Shown: piece after piece, positions 1 to 8,558 of the stretch
How the letters are laid out: each line of letters begins with the position of its first letter
How positions within the stretch are numbered: the first letter of the stretch is position 1
Assembly (NCBI GenBank): GCA_030038495.1
Contig: JASHOV010000117.1
Coordinates: forward strand, 1 to 58,205
Length of the DNA: 58,205 bases
Direction: 5' to 3'
Source of the DNA: Streptosporangiaceae bacterium
Lineage (GTDB): Bacteria; Actinomycetota; Actinomycetes; Streptosporangiales; Streptosporangiaceae
Program-made: the position numbers and the translations under genes
Notes under the pieces: model-generated
Told to the model about the DNA's origin: nothing
Databases searched by the model: none
What the model saw: the letters and a program-made list of their open reading frames with translations, nothing else

Positions 1-401
1 GACCGCGGTCGCGCGGATCCTGATACCCAGTATGTGGGTCGCCGATGTCGCTGCCCGAGGGTGACTGGTTATGCTGGCCAGGAACTCGCTGGTCAGGAAG
101 ACCGCTCGTCCGGCCTGCGGAGACTCGCGATGCGAGGCGGATGACAAAACTCTCTTGTGGGGATTCCGCAGGTCAGATCATGATCGCGATATGTCCGAGG
201 GGGACGGTTCCGTGCGATGCCCGGGGGTTAGTGAGTGACAGATCATCGAGCCCCAACTGTTAGAATGCCTGGGACGTTAACGATCTCGCGGTGGCCGTGC
301 GTCTGCACCAGCTGCTGTATCGGGAGAGCAAGCCTGGCGTTGCGGCGTATGCCTGTTACAGCAAGGTAGGCTCCCGTGGCATCAAAGATGGAGTGTGAGC
401 C

Positions 402-629
402 ATGTCACAGCGATGTGAGCTGTGCGGCAAAGAGCCGATCTTCGGTAACAGTGTGGCGCGACTTGGCCGGAACGCTATTCACCGCAAGATCAAGGGTAAG
501 GCAAAGCGGCAATGGAAGCCGAACATTCAGCGGCTGAAGACGGCCACTGCTAACGGCACCCCTGTGCGCATGAACGTTTGCACGTCTTGCATCAAGAAGG
601 GCAAGGTAGTTCGTCGCTCGCGTGTGTGA
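402..629 (+). CDS. rpmB: 50S ribosomal protein L28 (Cys-containing, zinc-ribbon C+ form)
   Basis: 75-aa ORF. N-terminal MSxxCxxCGK and KRxWKPNIQ core are typical of bacterial L28. Two CxxC pairs (C5/C8, C60/C63). GGAG lies 8 nt upstream of the ATG. Confidence 0.9.
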   Translation: MSQRCELCGKEPIFGNSVARLGRNAIHRKIKGKAKRQWKPNIQRLKTATANGTPVRMNVCTSCIKKGKVVRRSRV

Positions 630-691
630 GTTACAAGCTGCCGGCGCGGCCAGGTCGGCAGCGATCTGGTCCATCATTCCGATCGCGGCCG

Positions 692-725
692 GCGGGCGCA
701 GACCCCATCTGAGGTCTGCGCCCGC
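692..725. terminator. Perfect 13-bp stem / 8-nt loop hairpin between convergent genes (candidate bidirectional terminator)
   Basis: gcgggcgcagacc-ccatctga-ggtctgcgcccgc read directly. It lies between the rpmB stop (629) and the stop of the minus-strand gene (738). No clear T-tract. Confidence 0.5.
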
Positions 726-737
726 GATGACGAGTAG

Positions 738-1904
738 CTAGTTCTGGCCGACGGGCACGTAGTAGGGCACCCAGCTTGAGACCCCTGTCTCAGTCAGGGT
801 TGGTGTCAGGATCGCCCGGAGCATGCCCGTGGCCGGGTCGAGGACGGCAAGGCCGGTCACAAACCCACCTCCTGCCACTTGTGCAACCATTAGTCGCGTC
901 GTGCTGGCCGCGATCACCTCGGGCCGATATGCCCCATCATCGGCGAGTACCGGCTTGAGGCCGCTGCGGACCAGCCGGAAGAGCTGGTAGGCGCCTGCGG
1001 CCGGGCCGGACTCCTGCACGTAGGTGGCCGACCTCAGATGCCACGCCCCGGAGAGGAATGCGTGAGTGCCGGGGCTCGCGACTACCAGTGTCCGCAGGTG
1101 AGCTCCGTCGACCGGAACCAGGTCCAGCCGGTTGGAGGAGCAGCCGGCTGTGAGCAATGTCGTGGCGTTCCACCAGACGCCTGCGCAGCCGTCAGCCGAC
1201 GGCAGCCGGGTCACCTTCCCCGACGCATTGTTCACCAGCTCGATGCCCTTCTGCGTGCCAGCCACGATGGTCTGACCATTAGGCGAATACGACATACCTC
1301 CATACGACCCGACGATGGTGGCGAGTTGCCGCTCCAGATGGCCGGTCAGCGTGTACCGGGATAGCTCGGTACGCGCATGTGTGAGGCGGGACACGAGCAG
1401 GCTGGTCCCGGCCGGTCGGGTGTAGCCGACGATGCTGTACTTGGCCGCCGACAGCGGGATTGCGGCAAGCCTGCCACTGGCAAGGTCAAGCTGAGAGTAG
1501 TGCTGGAGGCTGGCGCCCGAGCTGAATACGATCGCCCGCCGCGTGTCGCCGGACCAGGCCATCAGGCGGATCTGGTCGGTCGTCTTTGTCCGGTAGATCT
1601 CGTACTTGCCGCCGTCAGGATCGACGAGGTAGACCCAGACCTCGGCCTTAGAGCCGTCAGTGGCAGCTTGCGCATCGGTGTCAGTGACGAGGGCCCAGCC
1701 CGGGCCGATATCTCGCCACGGAATCTCGGCTCGGCTGCCTGTCTGACCTAGTCCGAGCATCCGCGCGGACGCGGTGGCGTGACCAGCGGCAGGACTCGCG
1801 GCAGCCGGGACGGCGGCAGCTGCCGCACCGGCAATCGCAACTGCGGCGGTCAGCGCAGCCGCGGCCACAGTCCGGCCCGAAGCGACCTTCGATCTCGTTC
1901 TCAT
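738..1904 (-). CDS. Secreted hypothetical protein, beta-propeller-like (TolB/WD40-like repeats suspected)
   Basis: The ORF runs 738..1946. The internal start MRTRSKVASGRTVAAAALTAAVAIAGAAAA gives a classic signal peptide. High GC3. No catalytic motif recognised. Confidence 0.6.
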   Translation of the reverse strand: MRTRSKVASGRTVAAAALTAAVAIAGAAAAAVPAAASPAAGHATASARMLGLGQTGSRAEIPWRDIGPGWALVTDTDAQAATDGSKAEVWVYLVDPDGGKYEIYRTKTTDQIRLMAWSGDTRRAIVFSSGASLQHYSQLDLASGRLAAIPLSAAKYSIVGYTRPAGTSLLVSRLTHARTELSRYTLTGHLERQLATIVGSYGGMSYSPNGQTIVAGTQKGIELVNNASGKVTRLPSADGCAGVWWNATTLLTAGCSSNRLDLVPVDGAHLRTLVVASPGTHAFLSGAWHLRSATYVQESGPAAGAYQLFRLVRSGLKPVLADDGAYRPEVIAASTTRLMVAQVAGGGFVTGLAVLDPATGMLRAILTPTLTETGVSSWVPYYVPVGQN

Positions 1905-2124
1905 TGCGGAAACCCCCAAGCAGCGCAGCGAGCACCACGCCGGCATTCAATTTCCGGAAGTGTAGGTAACAGCAGGTAGGACACAAAAGGGGAGGCCTTC
2001 CCATGGCGACGGCACTCCATCGCGAGCCGGAGGCCTGGCTGGTCGTCGCGTCGAATGCCCCACCTAGGTTCCGACTCTTGCCGCTTTCCCGGCACGGAGG
2101 CAGTACCCAGTCGGCTTTAGGCGA

Positions 2125-3213
2125 TTAGCTGCCCTGGAGGACCTGGGCGTAGGCCGTCGTGGCGGAGGAGGTAAGTGCGGTCACCAACTGCTGCGTGGTG
2201 CCGGGGATGTGGGTGACGTGCGAGACCTCGGTGGAGGAGACGGCGGTGAACGGAGCCACGACCGCGAGCCTGCCGTCAGAGTAGTGCAGCAGAGCCAGGT
2301 TACCGCCGTCGTGCTGGATGGCAGTCAAGTAGAAACCGCCCTTGCCGTCGGGGCTGAGGCTCCCGATGCTGAAGCCGTAGTTCTCGGCGACCTTGGACCA
2401 CTTATGGCCGGCGTAGTGCAGGACGTAGAGCGCGGCGGTTTCGTCGCCAGTGAAGTCGGACTCGAGCACGTAGACGTTCTTCGCGCTCAGGGCGATGACC
2501 CCGTCTACCAGCTTGACGTTCTTGTCCTTCGGCAGGAATCTCGCGAGGCTGGTGGCCATCCACTTGTGCCCGTTGTAGTCCTCGACGCTGCCGCCGGTGT
2601 ATGCCCATACGTCCCGGTCGGACACCGCGTATCCGCCACCCAGGGTGCGGGAGACCCGCGTCCAGGTGTGGCCGTTGTAGTGGTACACGCCCAGCCTGGC
2701 GGCACCGGAGTCATCGGCCGTGCCGAACACCCACACGTCCTTGCTGCTTAGCACGGTCGCCGAGTCGATCGGGAGGCTGAACGTCTTGACGACCGTCCAC
2801 TTGCCCTTGACTAGCTCGAACACTCGCGAGCCCAGGTTGGTCAGGTCCGAGAAGGCCCACACGTCCGTCGGCGAGGTCGCGCCCGCTGTGACAACGCGCT
2901 CCCCGCTCTCACCCGGGAACGGTACCTCCTTCCACGTCGTGGTGCCGATGCGCTCGTAAGCGGCCGGGTACGAGGACCCGGCCGCCCACCTGAAGACATA
3001 CCCGCTGGTCTTGCCGGTCGAGACGATCGCGCCAAGGTAGGAGGGGTGGCTGGGGCTGGTCCTGATCGTGTCAACCACGTGCCAGTCGGTCGACCTGGCC
3101 CGCTGGGTCGCCGCTTGCGCCGCCGGGGTCATCCCAAGGCTCGCCACCGACGCCAGGCCAGCACCAAGCAAGGCCGTAACACCCGCAACCTTCTTCAGCA
3201 ACATGCACTCCAT
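2125..3213 (-). CDS. Secreted hypothetical repeat protein (recurring DVWAF/DVWVF/DVWAY blades, beta-propeller-like)
   Basis: 362-aa ORF. N-terminal signal peptide LLKKVAGVTALLGAGLASVASLGMTPAAQA. Repeated ~45-aa units ending in (D/N)VW/Y. The start may be the ATG at 3204. Confidence 0.65.
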   Translation of the reverse strand: MECMLLKKVAGVTALLGAGLASVASLGMTPAAQAATQRARSTDWHVVDTIRTSPSHPSYLGAIVSTGKTSGYVFRWAAGSSYPAAYERIGTTTWKEVPFPGESGERVVTAGATSPTDVWAFSDLTNLGSRVFELVKGKWTVVKTFSLPIDSATVLSSKDVWVFGTADDSGAARLGVYHYNGHTWTRVSRTLGGGYAVSDRDVWAYTGGSVEDYNGHKWMATSLARFLPKDKNVKLVDGVIALSAKNVYVLESDFTGDETAALYVLHYAGHKWSKVAENYGFSIGSLSPDGKGGFYLTAIQHDGGNLALLHYSDGRLAVVAPFTAVSSTEVSHVTHIPGTTQQLVTALTSSATTAYAQVLQGS

Positions 3214-3763
3214 GACTGATTCCTTAGGTCATATCCCGTTTTTGGGAGCTGTATCCCTGTAGACGCTCCCGCCCCTGGACTGGTTGGAAGCATTTGATAG
3301 CGATTCCGCCACCCGGCCAGGACCAGCCAGGGCTCCGCATGACCGGCCCTGGCCGGCTCGGCTGGCCGGAGGGCGAAGCGCCGCCAAAGAGGTCGTCGCC
3401 TGGTTTCTCGGGAACGGCGAGTTCGGCGCCCGCCGTGCCCGATACGAGCAAGCCCGTGGCCTTAGCCCCAGAGCTCAGCCGTCTGGCGTCGACCTCAACT
3501 GTGTTGATGAGCTTTGCGCCGCCGCATCAACGTGGTCCGCTTCGAGCTCCGGGCGGGCCGTGATGCTGTATCGCGGGCCAAATGCTTGGCATAAGAGTTC
3601 GCCGAGTTCCCGGCGGGATATCTATCACCTCGATCCGTGTGCCGGCGAGCGCCGCATCGGACGACTCTGTGAACCGCGCATGCCGTCCTGCCGTTACTCA
3701 GATAAGGCCGCGCTAATGCGGCGCGATGGGCCAGACGGGGCATTACTGGAAAGGAGCGGAAGG

Positions 3764-4417
3764 GTGAGCATTCGATGGAGCCGGGCGGCAATGGCAGGTA
3801 ATAAGGAGGCCATCCCGCGTCGGCCGACGCCGCGGGCACTCCTGAAAGGCGGGTGCGTGGCGGGGGCCGTAGCGGCCTTTTTAGCCCTGGGTATTCCGGC
3901 CCTGGCGAGCAGCGGGTCCGTTACCTTTCATGCGTGCGTCAGCAAAACAGGCGCACTCAGGATCGTGTCAGCGTCCGCCAAGTGTCCCGCGGGGCAGAGC
4001 AAGATCTCGTGGAATAACGCCGGCCCGCAGGGCCCAGTCGGCAAGGCCGGTCCCGCCGGTCCCGCCGGCTCTCAGGGAATTCAGGGTGCTCAGGGTGCTC
4101 AGGGTGCTCAGGGTCCGGCGGGGCCGCAAGGTGAGCCCGGAGGGTCTACCTGGGCGATTGTGAGTTCGAGCGGGACAATCTTGTTCTCGTCGCCGAGCTG
4201 GAGCTCAAACACGATCACGCACCTCAGTACCGGCGTTTATTGCATCACGCCCGGGGCAGCTGCATTCTGGGCGATCCCGCAAGGCACTGGTGCCGATCCA
4301 ATCGTGGCTGACAATGCCGGAGGGTCGTGCCAGGGCTCGGAGTCAACCCTATTCCTCTTCGACACGAAAACAGGCGCGCCCACAGACGACGAGTTCACGG
4401 TATTCCTGACTCCGTAG
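3764..4417 (+). CDS. Secreted/membrane-anchored collagen-like triple-helix-repeat protein
   Basis: AAGGAG lies 7 nt upstream of the GTG at 3764, with an alternative ATG at 3791. Hydrophobic signal/anchor GGCVAGAVAAFLALGIPALASS. 13 uninterrupted G-X-Y triplets, followed by a ~90-aa C-terminal domain. The upstream in-frame part of ORF 3284.. looks non-coding. Confidence 0.6.
   Translation: MSIRWSRAAMAGNKEAIPRRPTPRALLKGGCVAGAVAAFLALGIPALASSGSVTFHACVSKTGALRIVSASAKCPAGQSKISWNNAGPQGPVGKAGPAGPAGSQGIQGAQGAQGAQGPAGPQGEPGGSTWAIVSSSGTILFSSPSWSSNTITHLSTGVYCITPGAAAFWAIPQGTGADPIVADNAGGSCQGSESTLFLFDTKTGAPTDDEFTVFLTP
4022..4138 (+). repeat. Collagen-like (GXY)13 coding repeat containing three perfect 9-bp tandem copies
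   Basis: GPQGPVGKAGPAGPAGSQGIQGAQGAQGAQGPAGPQGEP. cagggtgct occurs x3 at 4082-4108, flanked by the diverged copies cagggaatt and cagggtccg. Confidence 0.9.
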
Positions 4418-4792
4418 TCTTGGGTCGCGGCCAGAGCGCAGGGTCGGGGGCTGGCATGTAAGGTTTCCAGGAGTGTAGGTCCGGCAGCCACCTCTGTATT
4501 GGCTTACGCCTTGCGGTCCGCCTCACTTCCGTGACCATGGTCAGGTCGCCGCATTTCCAGCCCCCGCCAGAACGGTTCGATGCGGGCGAGCGTCGATAGC
4601 CGCTCGGAGAGCTATGCGTTTAGCTGTTCGCGGTTAGATCTGCCCGCCCGGCCGCACCCGCAACTCCCGCACGGGCCGCAAGCGCGTCCAGCTGACCCGC
4701 GTCGACCGTGACTACGAGAGCCTCCGCATCGGCATGCAGATCCTCCGCTACCTGGATTCGCGTTTCACCGGTCTATGACTATCTGAGCCTGA

Positions 4793-5728
4793 TTGAATCG
4801 CCTTATGCTGACTTGCGGTCATGGGCGCATCGCGCGATGCACCCGGTATCTGGTGGGTGCCTTGATCGTCGCGGTGGCCCTGGTGGCGTGCCTCGCGGTG
4901 CAGCCGTCTTTCGCGCGGAGCACCCCGCTCGCGGCTGGCGCGGCCGGCACGGCCGGCGCGGGGCCGAAGGTCTCGGTCCGCGGCGCGGACCTGGTGGATG
5001 TGGGCACCGGCGTCCAGCTATGGGCCAAGGACGTCAATACCGAGCGGCCAATGGGCAGCATCACCAAGGTGATGACCGCTCTGCTGGTGCTGCGGGCCGG
5101 TGATCTGGACCGGAAGATCAAGGTCACCGAGGCGGCCGTCCGGTACGTGTCCAAGCGCCAGGCCAGCAGCGCGGGCCTGATCGCCGGGGACGTGCTGACG
5201 GCACGGCAGCTGCTGGCGGCGATGCTGATCCCGTCCGGCTGCGATGCCGCCTACCTACTCGCCACCGCATACGGTCCTGGCCGGCCAGCGTTCATCGCCA
5301 AAATGAACGCCGCAGCCAAGGCGATGGGCATGACCTCAACGCATTTCTCCAGCTTCGACGGGATGCCGTACCCGACCGAGCATTCCACCTACTCGACGCC
5401 CGCCGACCTGATCCGGCTCGGTGAGCGGGCGATGCGCTGGCAGGCGTTCCGCGAGATCGTGGATCAGAAGGAGTACTACCTTCCTGCCACTGCCAGCCAC
5501 CACGGTTACCTGTGGCACCAGACGAACGGGCTGATCGGGTCCTACCGTGGCGCGCTCGGGATCAAGACCGGCGAGACTGATGCCGCCGGCGACTGCCTGC
5601 TGTTCGAGGCACGCAGAGACGGCGTCACCCTGATCGGCGTAGTCCTGCACGCCAACCCCAGCAGCATCCCGACCTCGGCCATCACAGCCGGCTGGCGAGT
5701 GCTGAACTGGGGCTTCGCCCACGCTTAG
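4793..5728 (+). CDS. D-alanyl-D-alanine carboxypeptidase (serine peptidase S11, low-MW PBP)
   Basis: SxxK (SITK), an SxN-like motif (PSGCDAA) and KTG (IKTGET) occur in the correct order. N-terminal membrane/signal segment. Confidence 0.85.
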   Translation: MNRLMLTCGHGRIARCTRYLVGALIVAVALVACLAVQPSFARSTPLAAGAAGTAGAGPKVSVRGADLVDVGTGVQLWAKDVNTERPMGSITKVMTALLVLRAGDLDRKIKVTEAAVRYVSKRQASSAGLIAGDVLTARQLLAAMLIPSGCDAAYLLATAYGPGRPAFIAKMNAAAKAMGMTSTHFSSFDGMPYPTEHSTYSTPADLIRLGERAMRWQAFREIVDQKEYYLPATASHHGYLWHQTNGLIGSYRGALGIKTGETDAAGDCLLFEARRDGVTLIGVVLHANPSSIPTSAITAGWRVLNWGFAHA

Positions 5729-5914
5729 CACCCGCTGGCTGCTTCTGTCCTGACTGAGTAGCTGCGACGCGATCCTGCACCGTGTGCACCAGATTTACGG
5801 CGTGCGCGTCTTAATGCTCAAGGCTATTGAGGGTGACTGCCGCTAATGGCCGGGTCCGCGCTGGCATGGCGCCTGCGGGCCCCGTTGCGGACAGTGATGT
5901 TGAGGGGGTAGAAG

Positions 5915-6640
5915 ATGACGACACCACCACCGCGCGGCGAACCGGCAAAGGGCGGAAACGAAATTGGCGGGCGGAAGAAGAAGGGCCGGTTAACCGGGTG
6001 GTTCACCTCGGTCAGCGGCGTCTTTGCCTCGATCGCGACCGTCGTCGCTGCTGCCGCGTCGGTCTTAGCCGCGCATCAGACGGCGCGGGTTGACCAGCTG
6101 ACGATCGTCGTGCGCCAGCAGCAGCAGCAGATCGCGAAGTCGCAGCAGACGGCCAGCAAAACCGGCCCGGGCGCGACGGTTCCCTCCGGGGCGAGCGGCG
6201 GCGCGTCGTCGCCGGGCAGCACGTACCTGTCCGCATTGCAGCCGACCGTCGATATCGGGGATTCCGATACCGGGTCGCAGATCATGTCGGCCAGGTCCTA
6301 CGCAGACAGTGTCACGTTCGAATGCATTCCGGCGGATGGCGCCGGTCAGCCGGCCGAGGCGTTTGACGTCGCTGGCCACAGCCTGTTCACGGCGGTTGTG
6401 GGCATCCCCGATGACACCAACGACGTGACAAGCGTCAACGAGACGGTGGTATTCGCCAATCAGTCGGGGACAGCGCTCATGAGCCCGGTAACGGTGAGCC
6501 TCGGGCACCCGGCCACTGTCCGGCTGAACATTTCAGGCGTGACGCAGCTCGCGATTACCTGCACTGGAATCAATACTCAATCACAGCAAGTCGATAACGG
6601 GAACCCGGTGACGCTGGGGAACGCGCAGATCTCCTCCTGA
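5915..6640 (+). CDS. Membrane-anchored protein with Gln-rich linker and C-terminal NPCBM/NEW2-like domain
   Basis: Basic N-terminus, one TM (VSGVFASIATVVAAAASVLAA), a QQQQQ stretch, then YLSALQPT...VTLGNAQIS as seen in actinomycete NPCBM-like proteins. The family call is from memory. Confidence 0.55.
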   Translation: MTTPPPRGEPAKGGNEIGGRKKKGRLTGWFTSVSGVFASIATVVAAAASVLAAHQTARVDQLTIVVRQQQQQIAKSQQTASKTGPGATVPSGASGGASSPGSTYLSALQPTVDIGDSDTGSQIMSARSYADSVTFECIPADGAGQPAEAFDVAGHSLFTAVVGIPDDTNDVTSVNETVVFANQSGTALMSPVTVSLGHPATVRLNISGVTQLAITCTGINTQSQQVDNGNPVTLGNAQISS

Positions 6641-6692
6641 TCAGCGTCGGCCAGCGGTAAGCCGGGCGAAGCTCGACCGGCAGCGCAGGGCG

Positions 6693-8408
6693 TCACCCGC
6701 CTGAGCTGGCAGCGCGAAGCCGCGCGGCTACCAGGAGGAGGATGCGGATAAGTGACGCTTCGGTTCCGGCGGGTACCCTGCCGCGAATGCTGATCACTGC
6801 GGTCAGCGGGCTCACGTACACCGCGGCCCAGTTGTCCTGCAGGTAGGCGTCCGCTACTCCGGGGACCGGTCGCGCGGCAGTCCCGGCAGGCGGGTATCCC
6901 TTGCGCACGTAGATCCTCAGCGAGGGCCTGTTTACGCTGGTCGGCCTCCAGGTCATCGTCCGGCCGGCGGAGGTGCCGAAGTGCGCGCCGCGGACCGGGC
7001 GGCCGAGCACGCTGCCCGCCTCATGGGCCGTCACCAGCGCGGCCGGGTCCGGCAGCCCGCCAGTCACGGTCCGCTGCTGCTCGGCCGCGACGTCCGCGAG
7101 CTGGACCGGGACGGCCGGGGGGTGCACCGGTTCTAAGCTGTGCACCTTCCTGGTACGCGCGTTCAGCCGGGCGTGTACGAACGTGCCGGGCGTCAGCAGC
7201 CTGAACGGCTCAGGCTCGACGTCGAGCACCCACGCACGGGCGCGTGCTCCGTCGTCGATCGCGACCTTGTGCCGGTCGGGTCCGTCAGGGTCGGTGACAA
7301 TCCATTGCCTGAGCACCTGACCATCGAACTCCGCGAGCCGCGGGAACAGTGCCCGTCGGGCGAGCCATCCGCCGAGGGCCGTGCCTGCGACCACGATGAC
7401 CAGGCCGACGAGGTTCCACGCCAGGACCGTCATCCCATGGTCGACGAGCCAGATTACCCCGAGGATAAAGAGAACCGGGGCGGTCAAAATCGCGACCCAG
7501 CCGGTCAGAACCGCGATGGCCGCCAGGCCCGACGCGCTGGATTCCTCTATGGTGACCTGATGCCAGCTCCCGCCGAATCCCGACCACGCCACGTTCTTCC
7601 CCGCCGGAGCGAAAACGGCAAGCGCCGCGGGCGCCTTGCCGATGGCGGCCGCGTATGCCTCAAGCCTGCCGTCGTCGCTCGGCATGACGGCGGCTGACGT
7701 CGCCATCCGCCATCGCGCGAGCGTGGCCATCCCAGCCCTGGTGCGGCACTTGCTGGTACCGAGGCCCATTGTGACCGAGACCAGAACGCAGTAGCACAGG
7801 GCCGCGAGATAGGGTGCGGCACCGGAGCGGGACTCCCCGCTGCTGGCGGCGAGCAACGTCCCTGCGGGGACGAACGCCAGGAGGCAGAGCAGGGCAATCC
7901 GGCCCCGGCCGAGGCGAGACCGGGTCAGGCCGCGCTCGCGCGCGTCAGCCATGACCTCGTCGCGGAACGCCTCCATGAATGCGGCTTTCCCGCCGTCGAA
8001 ACCATCCGCCAGCGCCGGGGCCGGGACCTCGCCGTGATTGCCCGCCCGCAGCGCCACGTGGGCCACCACCCGGCGCTCGTATGACGCGAGCCCGTCCGCC
8101 GGCAGTTCCGCTGGCAGCACGCACATGGCGGGGCCGCCCGGCCCCCTAGTCCCGATTCCTCCCGCCGGGTCCGGCGGTGTCAGCCGGAACCAGCCGCGCG
8201 CGGCGAGGTCAATCAGGGTCGCCCCGAACCCGCAGCTCTTCAGCCGGCCGGCGAGCAGGCTGACAACTGCGGGCGGCTCATCGTGCGATCCCGGTCCCGC
8301 CGGCGCCGCCGCACGGCGCCGGCGCTGGCCGGACGGCGGCGCCGCCAGCAGCACGACGAACAGGAACACCCACGCCGTCGTGGCGACGGCGGCCGGAACT
8401 GACAGCAC
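6693..8408 (-). CDS. Polytopic membrane protein (DUF2207-like)
   Basis: 571-aa ORF with high GC3 and several TM segments. PPAVVSLLAGRL...ATLIDLAARGWF resembles the DUF2207 C-terminal motif. Confidence 0.55.
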   Translation of the reverse strand: MLSVPAAVATTAWVFLFVVLLAAPPSGQRRRRAAAPAGPGSHDEPPAVVSLLAGRLKSCGFGATLIDLAARGWFRLTPPDPAGGIGTRGPGGPAMCVLPAELPADGLASYERRVVAHVALRAGNHGEVPAPALADGFDGGKAAFMEAFRDEVMADARERGLTRSRLGRGRIALLCLLAFVPAGTLLAASSGESRSGAAPYLAALCYCVLVSVTMGLGTSKCRTRAGMATLARWRMATSAAVMPSDDGRLEAYAAAIGKAPAALAVFAPAGKNVAWSGFGGSWHQVTIEESSASGLAAIAVLTGWVAILTAPVLFILGVIWLVDHGMTVLAWNLVGLVIVVAGTALGGWLARRALFPRLAEFDGQVLRQWIVTDPDGPDRHKVAIDDGARARAWVLDVEPEPFRLLTPGTFVHARLNARTRKVHSLEPVHPPAVPVQLADVAAEQQRTVTGGLPDPAALVTAHEAGSVLGRPVRGAHFGTSAGRTMTWRPTSVNRPSLRIYVRKGYPPAGTAARPVPGVADAYLQDNWAAVYVSPLTAVISIRGRVPAGTEASLIRILLLVAARLRAASSGG

Positions 8409-8558
8409 GCCATCCCCTCCGCCCCAGTTATCACGCCGGACGGTAAGCTCGGCCGGCTGTCGTCCGGGATTTCGAGCCAGCCATACGTAACACGGTCACG
8501 ATGGCATCTGGTTCAGATCACCCGGAGCGCCGCGACGCGGCGTTCCCGCGGGAACGCG

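Noticed and set aside
45-263. 72-aa ORF upstream of rpmB, and a possible minus-strand gene start at the left window edge
   Set aside because: No motifs are recognisable, codon usage is poor and the sequence is too short or truncated to support. The region more likely holds the rpmB promoter (TAGAAT at 261-266) and leader.
3284-3763. In-frame upstream extension of the collagen-like ORF
   Set aside because: The translation looks non-coding. A strong AAGGAG RBS precedes the GTG at 3764, and the signal peptide follows directly.
4073-4117. Tandem repeats considered as possible CRISPR or VNTR non-coding arrays. The same was considered for 34670-34723 and 58160-58205.
   Set aside because: The units are 9-18 bp and directly adjacent, with no spacers, and they lie in or at reading frames. 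They are not CRISPR arrays and are reported as coding or 5'-end tandem repeats instead.
4560-4790. Coding-like frame ...RKRVQLTRVDRDYESLRIGMQILRYLDSRFTGL* upstream of the carboxypeptidase gene; possible remnant of a recombinase or transposase C-terminus
   Set aside because: I could not recognise any family. There is no start codon and no terminal inverted repeats, so it is too weak to call a mobile-element remnant.
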